34,045 nucleotides of DNA from Patescibacteria group bacterium. Its GTDB lineage: Bacteria > Patescibacteriota > Minisyncoccia > Phycocordibacterales > VMEP01. Made by a program: the position numbers and the translations under genes. The notes under the pieces were generated by a model that was given only the letters and a program-made list of their open reading frames with translations, did no database searches and was not told the DNA's origin. Location of the stretch: positions 13,793 through 47,837 of the forward strand of contig JBBTTL010000035.1 in assembly GCA_038064275.1 (NCBI GenBank). Reading direction: 5' to 3'. Shown here one piece after another: positions 18,555 to 25,420 of this stretch (position 1 is the first letter of the stretch; every line of letters begins with the position of its first letter).

Positions 18555-19907
18555 ATGACAAAGACAGAAACACAAAATACCAACAAAGGCCCAAGCGAGG
18601 AGCTTGTTCGGCATATTTCCGCCGTTAAAAATGAGACAGAGTGGATGTTGGAAAAACGCCTCGCTTCTTACGAGCTTTGGAAGAAGACATCTATGCCAAG
18701 CTGGGGGCCTGATTTATCGGGGCTTGATTTGGAACATATAGAGTATTTCGTTGACCCCAATTCACCTGAAACCGACAAATGGGAAGAGGTTCCCAAAGAA
18801 ATCGCCGAGATGTTCGCGAAACTCGGTATTCCCAAAGCAGAACGGGAATATCTAGGTGGAGTGGGGGCGCAATATGATTCCGGCGTGGTTTATCATCACC
18901 TCAAAAAATCTTTGGCCGACAAGGGGGTAATTTTTGAAAATATGGACGTGGCTCTGCAAAAATATCCCGACCTAGTGAAGAAATATTTTATGACCGATTG
19001 TATTCCGATTACCGACCATAAATTCGTAATGCTTCATGGCGCGGTTTGGAGCGGGGGGACATTTATTTATGTTCCTAAGGGGGTTCGCGTGGACATGCCT
19101 CTTCAGGCGTATTTTAGAATGAACCGCGAGCGTAGCGCCCAGTTTGAGCATACGCTCATTATTGCTGATGAAGGGTCGTACATAGAATATATTGAGGGAT
19201 GCAGCGCTCCACGCTACCAGAGCGCGTCGCTTCACGCCGGATGCGTGGAACTTTTTGTCCACAAAGACGCGCACATAAAATATTCAAGCATAGAGAATTG
19301 GTCGCGAAATGTTTACAATTTAAATACCAAGAAAGCGTTGGTGTATGAAAAGGGGACTATAGAGTGGTTTAACGGCAATATGGGCTCGTGCGTGACCATG
19401 CTCTATCCGTCGTCGGTTCTTTTGGGAGAAGGCGCCCGCTCGGAATCTCTGGGCATCGTCCTGGCGGGCGAAGGCCAAGTCCAAGACACCGGCTCAAAAG
19501 TTCTCCATCTTGCCCCCAACACCACATCCAACATTCGCTCAAAATCAATTTCAAAAGACGGCGGGATTTCCAACTACCGCGGATTCGTTCAAGTCGGCAA
19601 ACGCGCGGAAAATACTCGTTCTACGGTCACCTGCGACGCGCTGATTTTAGACGACAAATCCCAGTCCAATACCTATCCAACAATGAAGAATGAGAATGAT
19701 AATGTACAAATTGCTCACGAGGCTCGGGTTGGTAAAATCGGGGACCAAGAAATTTTTTACCTTAAATCGCGCGGCTACACCGAGAGCGAAGCCACCCGCC
19801 TTATCGTTTCCGGCTTTATAGAGCCGATGATTAAAGCAATGCCACTTGAATATGCTTTGGAACTCAATAAATTAATAGAATTGGAAATGGAGGGGAGTGT
19901 AGGTTAG
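18555..19907 (+). CDS. sufB: Fe-S cluster assembly scaffold protein SufB
   Basis: 450 aa. SufB blocks (GGVGAQYDSGVVYHH, GGTFIYVPKGV, AHEARVGKIGDQEIFYLKSRGYTESEA). 8 nt after bcp. Confidence 0.95.
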   Translation: MTKTETQNTNKGPSEELVRHISAVKNETEWMLEKRLASYELWKKTSMPSWGPDLSGLDLEHIEYFVDPNSPETDKWEEVPKEIAEMFAKLGIPKAEREYLGGVGAQYDSGVVYHHLKKSLADKGVIFENMDVALQKYPDLVKKYFMTDCIPITDHKFVMLHGAVWSGGTFIYVPKGVRVDMPLQAYFRMNRERSAQFEHTLIIADEGSYIEYIEGCSAPRYQSASLHAGCVELFVHKDAHIKYSSIENWSRNVYNLNTKKALVYEKGTIEWFNGNMGSCVTMLYPSSVLLGEGARSESLGIVLAGEGQVQDTGSKVLHLAPNTTSNIRSKSISKDGGISNYRGFVQVGKRAENTRSTVTCDALILDDKSQSNTYPTMKNENDNVQIAHEARVGKIGDQEIFYLKSRGYTESEATRLIVSGFIEPMIKAMPLEYALELNKLIELEMEGSVG

Positions 19908-19921
19908 TATTACTAACATAA

Positions 19922-20971
19922 ATGAATACTTCATTATCAAAACCAATAAGCTTTGTCTTAAATGAGGAGATAGTAAGAACACAGCAGGGTTATACAGAAT
20001 CTTTCAAAAGATGTAGGGAGATTCTTTCAGAGATAGAGAATATTACTAAAAAAAGAGTTTTGGCTTATTCATCAAATTTTAAATCATCATACGGCGTTAT
20101 GGATAAGGACGCTACCGTAATTGAAGATTTATTAAGAACAAAAAGTGATAAAAAAGATTTACTGTTGATACTAAGTTCTCCTGGTGGACAAGCTGTGGCT
20201 GCGGAAAAAATACAATTAGTTTGTCAGGAATATTCAAAAGCTAAAAAAGGTAAATTTTTAGCATTAGTTCCAAAATCAGCAAAATCCGCGGCAACAATAA
20301 TTGCACTAGGTTCAGATAAAATATTGTTGTCTAGTACTGCAGAATTAGGTCCGATAGATCCTCAAATAATTATTTCAAATAATTTTGAAACTGGTAGTGA
20401 AACCGAAAAAGATCTGGTAGGAAATAAGGAGACGGTAAAAATAAAAAAAGTTTTTCAAAATAGTATTAATGTAATACCGGCTTTCAGAATAATTAAAGCC
20501 GTTGACGATCTTACTGATAAGTCTAAGAAATGGTGGCATTTTAATAGTGATTCAAACAAAATATTTTTGAGCCAGTATAATTATGACCTATATTTGATGG
20601 CTCAAAATGAATTGAAACTCAGCCGTGACATAATTGATAAAATTATCAAAAGAAAAAACATTAAAGATCCTGGATTGTTTAAAATTTTCTCTGACCCGGA
20701 AGTTACTTTATCTCACAATAGACCAATATCTTTGTCAGATTTAAATGATAGCGAACTTCACAAGTCTGGTTTTATAGAGGGATATTTAGAATATTTTGAA
20801 AATGATGGTGTTATTAAAGAAAATCTAGAAAAATTAGACCAACTTATTTGGGAGTATTATCTAAGAACTAATACTCACTTAGAAGATGAAGGTAATTTTG
20901 TTCAAAAAACAATAGAAACAACTACTCATCGAGTCCAATTAGGACATAATGATAGTAATGTTTTATCATAA
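19922..20971 (+). CDS. SDH-family (SppA/ClpP-fold) serine protease-like protein
   Basis: 349 aa. LLLILSSPGGQAVAAEKI ... PKSAKSAATIIALGSDKILLSSTAELGPIDPQI parallels the HTPGG...AMSGGT...GPxDPQ blocks of Clp-fold SDH/SppA proteases as I remember them. Strongly AT-rich gene. Confidence 0.65.
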   Translation: MNTSLSKPISFVLNEEIVRTQQGYTESFKRCREILSEIENITKKRVLAYSSNFKSSYGVMDKDATVIEDLLRTKSDKKDLLLILSSPGGQAVAAEKIQLVCQEYSKAKKGKFLALVPKSAKSAATIIALGSDKILLSSTAELGPIDPQIIISNNFETGSETEKDLVGNKETVKIKKVFQNSINVIPAFRIIKAVDDLTDKSKKWWHFNSDSNKIFLSQYNYDLYLMAQNELKLSRDIIDKIIKRKNIKDPGLFKIFSDPEVTLSHNRPISLSDLNDSELHKSGFIEGYLEYFENDGVIKENLEKLDQLIWEYYLRTNTHLEDEGNFVQKTIETTTHRVQLGHNDSNVLS

Positions 20972-20975
20972 TAAT

Positions 20976-21158
20976 ATGATGGAAAAATCAAACAGTAAAC
21001 CAACAGGTATTGATTTAAAGGATTCTAAAATTGCTCCAGATTTTATGATTAAAGAAAAAATACTTATAGATGAAAAGGAAAATGTTAGAGCAAAACCTAG
21101 TGAAGATATTAAAAATGCAACCACTTCTTCTCTCGTGTTGAAAACTCCCTCGTTTTAG
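20976..21158 (+). CDS. Hypothetical small hydrophilic protein (60 aa)
   Basis: MMEKSNSKPTGIDLKDSK... Start taken at the ATG just after the upstream stop. Same AT-rich composition. No family recognised. Confidence 0.35.
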   Translation: MMEKSNSKPTGIDLKDSKIAPDFMIKEKILIDEKENVRAKPSEDIKNATTSSLVLKTPSF

Positions 21159-21185
21159 TGTGCTGTTTAGAGAATAAGATTAAAA

Positions 21186-21413
21186 ATGCAAAAAATTAAA
21201 CTCGGAAAATACCAACACTACAAAGGAGATTTTTACCAAGTTTTAAATGTCGCAAGACACAGCGAGACAGGGGGGGATTATGTTGTCTACCAAGCTCTCT
21301 ACGACGACCCCGAATTAGGTCCCAAACCTCTTTTCGTCCGCCCCCTTTCAATGTTCACCGAAACCGTCTCTTGGCAAAACTCCACCGTCCCCCGATTTAA
21401 ATTTATAGAATAA
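21186..21413 (+). CDS. DUF1653 domain protein
   Basis: 75 aa. YQHYKGDFYQVLNVARHSETGGDYVVYQALY...FVRPLSMFTETV matches my memory of the DUF1653 pattern. Confidence 0.75.
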   Translation: MQKIKLGKYQHYKGDFYQVLNVARHSETGGDYVVYQALYDDPELGPKPLFVRPLSMFTETVSWQNSTVPRFKFIE

Positions 21414-21455
21414 ACTCCATAACCCTCCCAACCCTAACTCTGGTAACTCTAAGTT

Positions 21456-21489
21456 CTTATCCCCTAATTGTAGCGAATAGGGGGATAAG
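21456..21489. repeat. Palindromic repeat copy 1: CTTATCCCCT-AATTGTAGCGAAT-AGGGGGATAAG
   Basis: Read directly. The conserved centre CTAATTGTAGCGAATAGGGG is shared with 21985 and 22308. Confidence 0.8.
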
Positions 21490-21540
21490 GAAAATATTAT
21501 AGTAGACGGCACCCTGAATTTTTTAATCTAACTCTAACTC

Positions 21541-21936
21541 ATGTATAATTCCTTTATGGAAGGAGGATGTCATTGCAGGGCTATTAGATTTAAGACAACA
21601 AAGAAACCATTTTGGGTTGGCGCCTGTTATTGCGTGGATTGTCAAAAAATAAGCGGCTCGCCTTATGTGGTTTTTGCGGGGTACGAGGCTGGTTCTGTCG
21701 AAATTTTACAAGGGTTTCCGAAGAGTTATTCTTCCTCAGAAAAGGCAGCACGCTCTTTTTGTGGAATATGCAGTTCGCCATTTTCATATACACACAAGAA
21801 TTCACCCAATAAACACTTTATTCCAGTGGGGGTTTTTGATAACCCCAGAGAATTTAAACTAAAGGAACATATATGGGTATCACAAAAATTGCCGTGGATT
21901 CTAATTCACGACAATTTGCCACAACGGGAAAATTAA
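21541..21936 (+). CDS. GFA-family (glutathione-dependent formaldehyde-activating / CENP-V-like) zinc protein
   Basis: 131 aa. Cys pattern GGCHCRAIRF ... CYCVDCQKISGSPY ... FCGICSSPF is typical of GFA. An alternative start lies at 21556. Confidence 0.8.
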   Translation: MYNSFMEGGCHCRAIRFKTTKKPFWVGACYCVDCQKISGSPYVVFAGYEAGSVEILQGFPKSYSSSEKAARSFCGICSSPFSYTHKNSPNKHFIPVGVFDNPREFKLKEHIWVSQKLPWILIHDNLPQREN

Positions 21937-21943
21937 ATAAAAA

Positions 21944-21973
21944 ATGCAAAAAATTAAACTCGGGAAATATCAG
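21944..21973 (+). pseudogene. Duplicated 5' end of the DUF1653 gene (about 30 nt fragment)
   Basis: ATGCAAAAAATTAAACTCGGGAAATATCAG matches 21186-21215 with 3 mismatches, then diverges into the palindromic repeat. Confidence 0.6.
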
Positions 21974-21984
21974 CCCTATCTCAA

Positions 21985-22021
21985 TATTCCCTATTCTCTA
22001 ATTGTAGCGAATAGGGGAATA
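21985..22021. repeat. Palindromic repeat copy 2: TATTCCCTATTC-TCTAATTGTAGC-GAATAGGGGAATA
   Basis: Read directly. Followed by TATAAT (22026-22031) 8 nt upstream of the ArsR-like ATG. Confidence 0.8.
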
Positions 22022-22039
22022 GATGTATAATAGATAAAC

Positions 22040-22306
22040 ATGAGAGAAAAAGAACTGGAACGAAGTTTAAAAGCGTTAGCCAATAAAAGAAGATTGGCAA
22101 TATTACGCTTTATTAGAAAAGAAAAGGAAGTGTCGGTTGGGGGCATAGCTGACGAGATTAAACTATCGTTTAATGCAACCTCAAAACACTTGGGGATTCT
22201 AGCTTCAGCCAATATTCTTGAAAAAGAACAAAGGAGTCTTCAGGTGTTTTATAAAATATCTGATGATTTGCCGGAGATTGTCCGTCGAATTATCTCTTTG
22301 CTTTAA
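22040..22306 (+). CDS. ArsR/SmtB-family winged-helix transcriptional regulator (minimal, Cys-free)
   Basis: 88 aa. LKALANKRRLAILRFI...VSVGGIADEIKLSFNATSKHLGILASANILEKEQRSLQVFYKI is a typical ArsR HTH layout. Confidence 0.78.
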   Translation: MREKELERSLKALANKRRLAILRFIRKEKEVSVGGIADEIKLSFNATSKHLGILASANILEKEQRSLQVFYKISDDLPEIVRRIISLL

Positions 22307-22307
22307 T

Positions 22308-22340
22308 CTATTCTCTAATTGTAGCGAATAGGGGGATAAG
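22308..22340. repeat. Palindromic repeat copy 3 (hybrid): CTATTCTCTAATTGTAGCGAATAGGGGGATAAG
   Basis: Left arm is identical to copy 2 and right arm to copy 1. A degenerate partial copy follows at 22348-22372. Confidence 0.8.
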
Positions 22341-22652
22341 AAGTACTCTTGTGGTAAATAGCGGGATAAGGGATAAAAATAAATAACATTAAAAGATAAT
22401 TAAATTGCAGGAGGTTGTATTGTGCTTCTTTTTTTATTCCGGCAAGCGAGGTTGAGGTGCGGCGGAGCCCCGAAAGACCTTGAGTAGTTTATGAGGATGT
22501 ACTCATCCGAAGAAACGCGAAAGGTGTACTGCTTCTGTAAGAAGTGTACTCACTCACACAGCGTCCGAGCGAAGACGGAACAAAGGGTTTAATACCCTTT
22601 ATATTCTGAATTTTTTGTTGAAAAATAAGCGGCTTTAGAGTAAGCTGACCAA

Positions 22653-22769
22653 TCCCATTAGAAATTTATATAGTTAATAACTAATGCTAATATTGATGAG
22701 CGAATCCGCATAACGGTTTCTTTGTTTGTTTTTATGGGTTAAGGTGTTAAATTTCTAACGGGACAAGTA
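22653..22769. repeat. TCCCRTTAGAA / TTCTAACGGGA inverted-repeat pair, copy 2 (arms 22653-22668 and 22748-22763)
   Basis: TCCCATTAGAAATTTA versus TAAATTTCTAACGGGA: 15 of 16 positions complementary. The right end TTCTAACGGGACAAGTA is identical to 28773-28789. Confidence 0.75.
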
Positions 22770-22780
22770 CTAACAAAAAA

Positions 22781-23452
22781 ATGAAGCATATATTATCTGA
22801 ATATAAAAAGACGGGAGCTCTCAAATACGGGCTCAAAATAGAGTCTCCTTTTATAGAGGATTTTTCGTCGGTGGTGGAGGGCGGCGGGGAAGTTGTGTTT
22901 GTTGGCAAAGACACGCACAAAACCATGAAAAATGACTTATCTACACACAGACTTATCTTGGTGACGGTTGAAGAGGGTGGAACATTTGAATATGAAGAGA
23001 GGGCAACGGGGGCTGTTCACGCCAAAAGCGATTTACACATTTTTTTGAAAGGGAAAGGGGCGCGGGCAGAAATTAAAGCAAGGTATGAAATAGGCGTGGA
23101 TTCAAAACTAGATATTTTACACAAGGTTTATCACGAAGCCGATGAAACCATTTCGAAAATAGAAACGAGAGGAGTTCTTTCGGGCGAGGTGTATGTTATA
23201 TACAGGAGCTATATAAATATGAAAAAAGGACTGAAGATGCTCGTCGGAAACGAGGACGCCAAATTTCTTCTTCTTTCAAAGAGGGCTATGATTGACGCTA
23301 TCCCGGCGCTTGACATTGCTTCGCGGGAAGTAACCTCGCAACACTCGCTTTCTATCAGCCGTATTGGCGAGGAAGAGCTTTTTTATCCGCGCCTGCGCGG
23401 ATATTCCGATGAAGCGGGGAAAGAGTTGCTTCTTTCGGGATTTTTGAAATAA
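22781..23452 (+). CDS. sufD: SufD-like Fe-S assembly protein (short, 223 aa)
   Basis: C-terminal block HSLSISRIGEEELFYPRLRGYSDEAGKELLLSGF parallels the SufB block AHEARVGKIGDQEIFYLKSRGYTESEA. Lacks the long N-terminal domain. Confidence 0.8.
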   Translation: MKHILSEYKKTGALKYGLKIESPFIEDFSSVVEGGGEVVFVGKDTHKTMKNDLSTHRLILVTVEEGGTFEYEERATGAVHAKSDLHIFLKGKGARAEIKARYEIGVDSKLDILHKVYHEADETISKIETRGVLSGEVYVIYRSYINMKKGLKMLVGNEDAKFLLLSKRAMIDAIPALDIASREVTSQHSLSISRIGEEELFYPRLRGYSDEAGKELLLSGFLK

Positions 23453-23456
23453 AAAA

Positions 23457-23479
23457 AGCCCGGGAACCCCCCGGCTTTT
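23457..23479. terminator. Bidirectional hairpin terminator after sufD
   Basis: AGCCCGGG-AACCC-CCCGGCT with flanking A-run and T-run. Confidence 0.6.
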
Positions 23480-23502
23480 GACATACTGGGGCGAGTGAAG
23501 CC

Positions 23503-23634
23503 CTACTTTTCCTTCTTGACCATCCTGACTAAGAACCAAATGATCAATAGGGTGATAAATACAACACCGCCCACCGCAAACCCAACCGCGGGGGTTGACA
23601 GATGGCCCCCCCATAAAACAGAGTCAAAAACCAA
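23503..23634 (-). CDS. Candidate 43-aa single-pass membrane peptide (TTG start) or 36 aa if the G7 tract is one base shorter
   Basis: ...HLSTPAVGFAVGGVVFITLLIIWFLVRMVKKEK* is one hydrophobic helix with a basic tail. Sits between a minus-strand promoter and the 23457 hairpin. Below the ORF-track size cut-off. Confidence 0.35.
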   Translation of the reverse strand: MVFDSVLWGGHLSTPAVGFAVGGVVFITLLIIWFLVRMVKKEK

Positions 23635-23707
23635 AAGCTAAAAAACGATATTTCTGCTGGACATTGTGATATCCTCACTCTCGTTTTCGTTAAGGTGAAC
23701 TCTTTGT

Positions 23708-23736
23708 AGATTATCACATTACATATATATTGTCAA
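23708..23736 (-). promoter_or_regulatory. Minus-strand sigma-70 promoter TTGACA-N17-TAATCT (with TG extended -10)
   Basis: The reverse complement of 23731-23736 is TTGACA and of 23708-23713 is TAATCT. Overlaps a plus-strand TTGTCA-N17-TAGATT that would serve sufS. Confidence 0.5.
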
Positions 23737-23764
23737 GTATAGAAAAATAGTGTAGATTAAAGAA

Positions 23765-24994
23765 GTGTTTGATGTAAATAAAATAAAAGAAGATTTTCCG
23801 ATATTTGAGAACTACAAGAAAAAGTGGGGAAGATATTTGTCGTACCTTGATTCAGCGGCTTCCTCTCAAACACCAAGACAGGTAGTTCTAGCAATGGACG
23901 ATTACTATTTCAACTATCGTTCAAATGTTCATCGCTCGCCCTATAAATTAGGCATTGAAGCGACAGAGGCCTACGAGAGCGCCCGCGCCACAGTGGCGAA
24001 ATTTATCGGTGCAAAAAAAGGGGAGATTATTTTTACTTCCGGCGCCACCATGGGTGCCAATATGTTAGTGGCCATGCTTGAGGATTATTTAAAAATCAAA
24101 CAAGGAGCCGAGATTTTAGCGAGTGTTGCCGAGCACCACTCAAACCTCGTGCCGTTCCAGGAGTTGGCTCTGCGCACTAACGCCGCCTTTCGGGTAATCC
24201 CGCTCTCCGGCACTGATATAGATTATGAAAAGGCGGAAAAACTAATCGGCCCAAAAACAAAAATTGTAACTATCTCGCTGGCAAGCAATGTCTTAGGCAC
24301 TATCTACGAAGTGAAGCGCGTTATAAAATTTGCCAAAAAAGTCGGCGCCATTACGATTGTTGACGCAAGCAAAGCGGCGGGGCACATATCTATCAATGTC
24401 CGCGATCTGGGTTGCGATTTTCTTTTCTTTTCCGGACATAAAATGCTTGGGCCCACCGGCATCGGCGTATTGTATGGGCGCGAGGAGCTACTTACGCGTT
24501 TGTATCCGGGATTTTTCGGCGGGGGCATAGTTTCATCGGTGACGGTGGAAAAAACAAGTTATCTTGATATACCGATGCGTTTTGAGCCGGGTACACCCAA
24601 CGTGGCCGGAGCCATCGGCCTGGCGCGGGCCATGGAATATATAGAATCTTTAGACATTGGCGCTGTCACGAAGCATTCGCAAGAACTGGTGCGCTATGCT
24701 ATAGAAAAACTGAGCCGGATACCGGGCCTGAAAATCGTCTCGGAGAAAGACGAAAAGCGAAACATCGGCATTGTCTCATTCACAATAGATGGAATTCATT
24801 CGCATGATGTGGCTGAAATTTTAGACCGCGGAGGGGTTTCTATCCGCGGGGGGCATCATTGCGCCATGCCATTGATGAAGTATTTGGGTGTCTCGGACGT
24901 CTGTCGGACTAGTTTTTACGTTTATAATGACAAAGAAGATATTGATCGGCTAGCGGAGGGGATAGAGAAAGCGAAATCAGTCTTTGGTTTGTAG
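23765..24994 (+). CDS. sufS: Cysteine desulfurase SufS (class V aminotransferase)
   Basis: 409 aa, GTG start. PLP-Lys block FFSGHKMLGPTGIGVLY and active-site region RGGHHCAMPL. Confidence 0.95.
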   Translation: MFDVNKIKEDFPIFENYKKKWGRYLSYLDSAASSQTPRQVVLAMDDYYFNYRSNVHRSPYKLGIEATEAYESARATVAKFIGAKKGEIIFTSGATMGANMLVAMLEDYLKIKQGAEILASVAEHHSNLVPFQELALRTNAAFRVIPLSGTDIDYEKAEKLIGPKTKIVTISLASNVLGTIYEVKRVIKFAKKVGAITIVDASKAAGHISINVRDLGCDFLFFSGHKMLGPTGIGVLYGREELLTRLYPGFFGGGIVSSVTVEKTSYLDIPMRFEPGTPNVAGAIGLARAMEYIESLDIGAVTKHSQELVRYAIEKLSRIPGLKIVSEKDEKRNIGIVSFTIDGIHSHDVAEILDRGGVSIRGGHHCAMPLMKYLGVSDVCRTSFYVYNDKEDIDRLAEGIEKAKSVFGL

Positions 24995-24997
24995 TAT

Positions 24998-25396
24998 ATG
25001 GTTTATAAAAAAATGCACGACGAAGAACTATATAAAGAAAATATTCTAGATCACTACAAGCACCCGCGAGGAAAGCGCGCAATGACTGATTTTACGCTGA
25101 AAGGAGAGGGGGTCAATGCCAGTTGCGGGGATGAGGTCGTGATATACTTGAAACTCGTTGGCGACAGAATTACCGAAACGACATTCACCGGACAAGGTTG
25201 CGCCATAAGCCAGGCGGGCGCCTCAATGCTTACCGAAAGACTGAAAAGCATGACCCTTGCCGGCGCCAAAATGCTTTCCCCGGGCGATATTTATACCATG
25301 TTAGGTATCAAAGTCAGTCCCGGGCGCGTTGACTGCGCTCTTCTTGCTTATGGGGCCCTGAATCAGGCCCTACTTGGCGGTAAAACCGCCAAGTAG
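24998..25396 (+). CDS. sufU: SUF-type Fe-S scaffold/sulfur acceptor SufU (IscU/NifU-like)
   Basis: 132 aa. LYKENILDHYKHPRG...NASCGDEV...GQGCAISQAGASMLTE matches SufU. Confidence 0.9.
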   Translation: MVYKKMHDEELYKENILDHYKHPRGKRAMTDFTLKGEGVNASCGDEVVIYLKLVGDRITETTFTGQGCAISQAGASMLTERLKSMTLAGAKMLSPGDIYTMLGIKVSPGRVDCALLAYGALNQALLGGKTAK

Positions 25397-25420
25397 GGCC
25401 TGAAGGGGATAATTAAAAAA

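Noticed and set aside
21456-22340. Integron attC sites / CALIN.
   Set aside because: The units are shorter than typical attC sites. I cannot find the RYYYAAC/GTTRRRY core sites, and there is no intI gene. The idea is kept only as a hypothesis to test with proper models.
21456-22372. Possible CRISPR array, because of the repeated ~33-nt palindromic units.
   Set aside because: Spacing is irregular (about 500 and 290 bp) and the intervals contain intact protein genes. The repeats are not identical, and no cas genes or leader are present.
22455-22600. Group II intron or retron ncRNA, because of GTGCG at about 22457 and multiple hairpins.
   Set aside because: There is no domain V-like sequence and no reverse transcriptase or maturase ORF. 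The region is too short.
23276-23614. 112-aa minus-strand ORF from the track, spanning the sufD 3' end.
   Set aside because: It reads straight through the 23457-23479 terminator hairpin and into sufD antisense. A shorter hydrophobic frame in the same region is more plausible (reported separately at low confidence).
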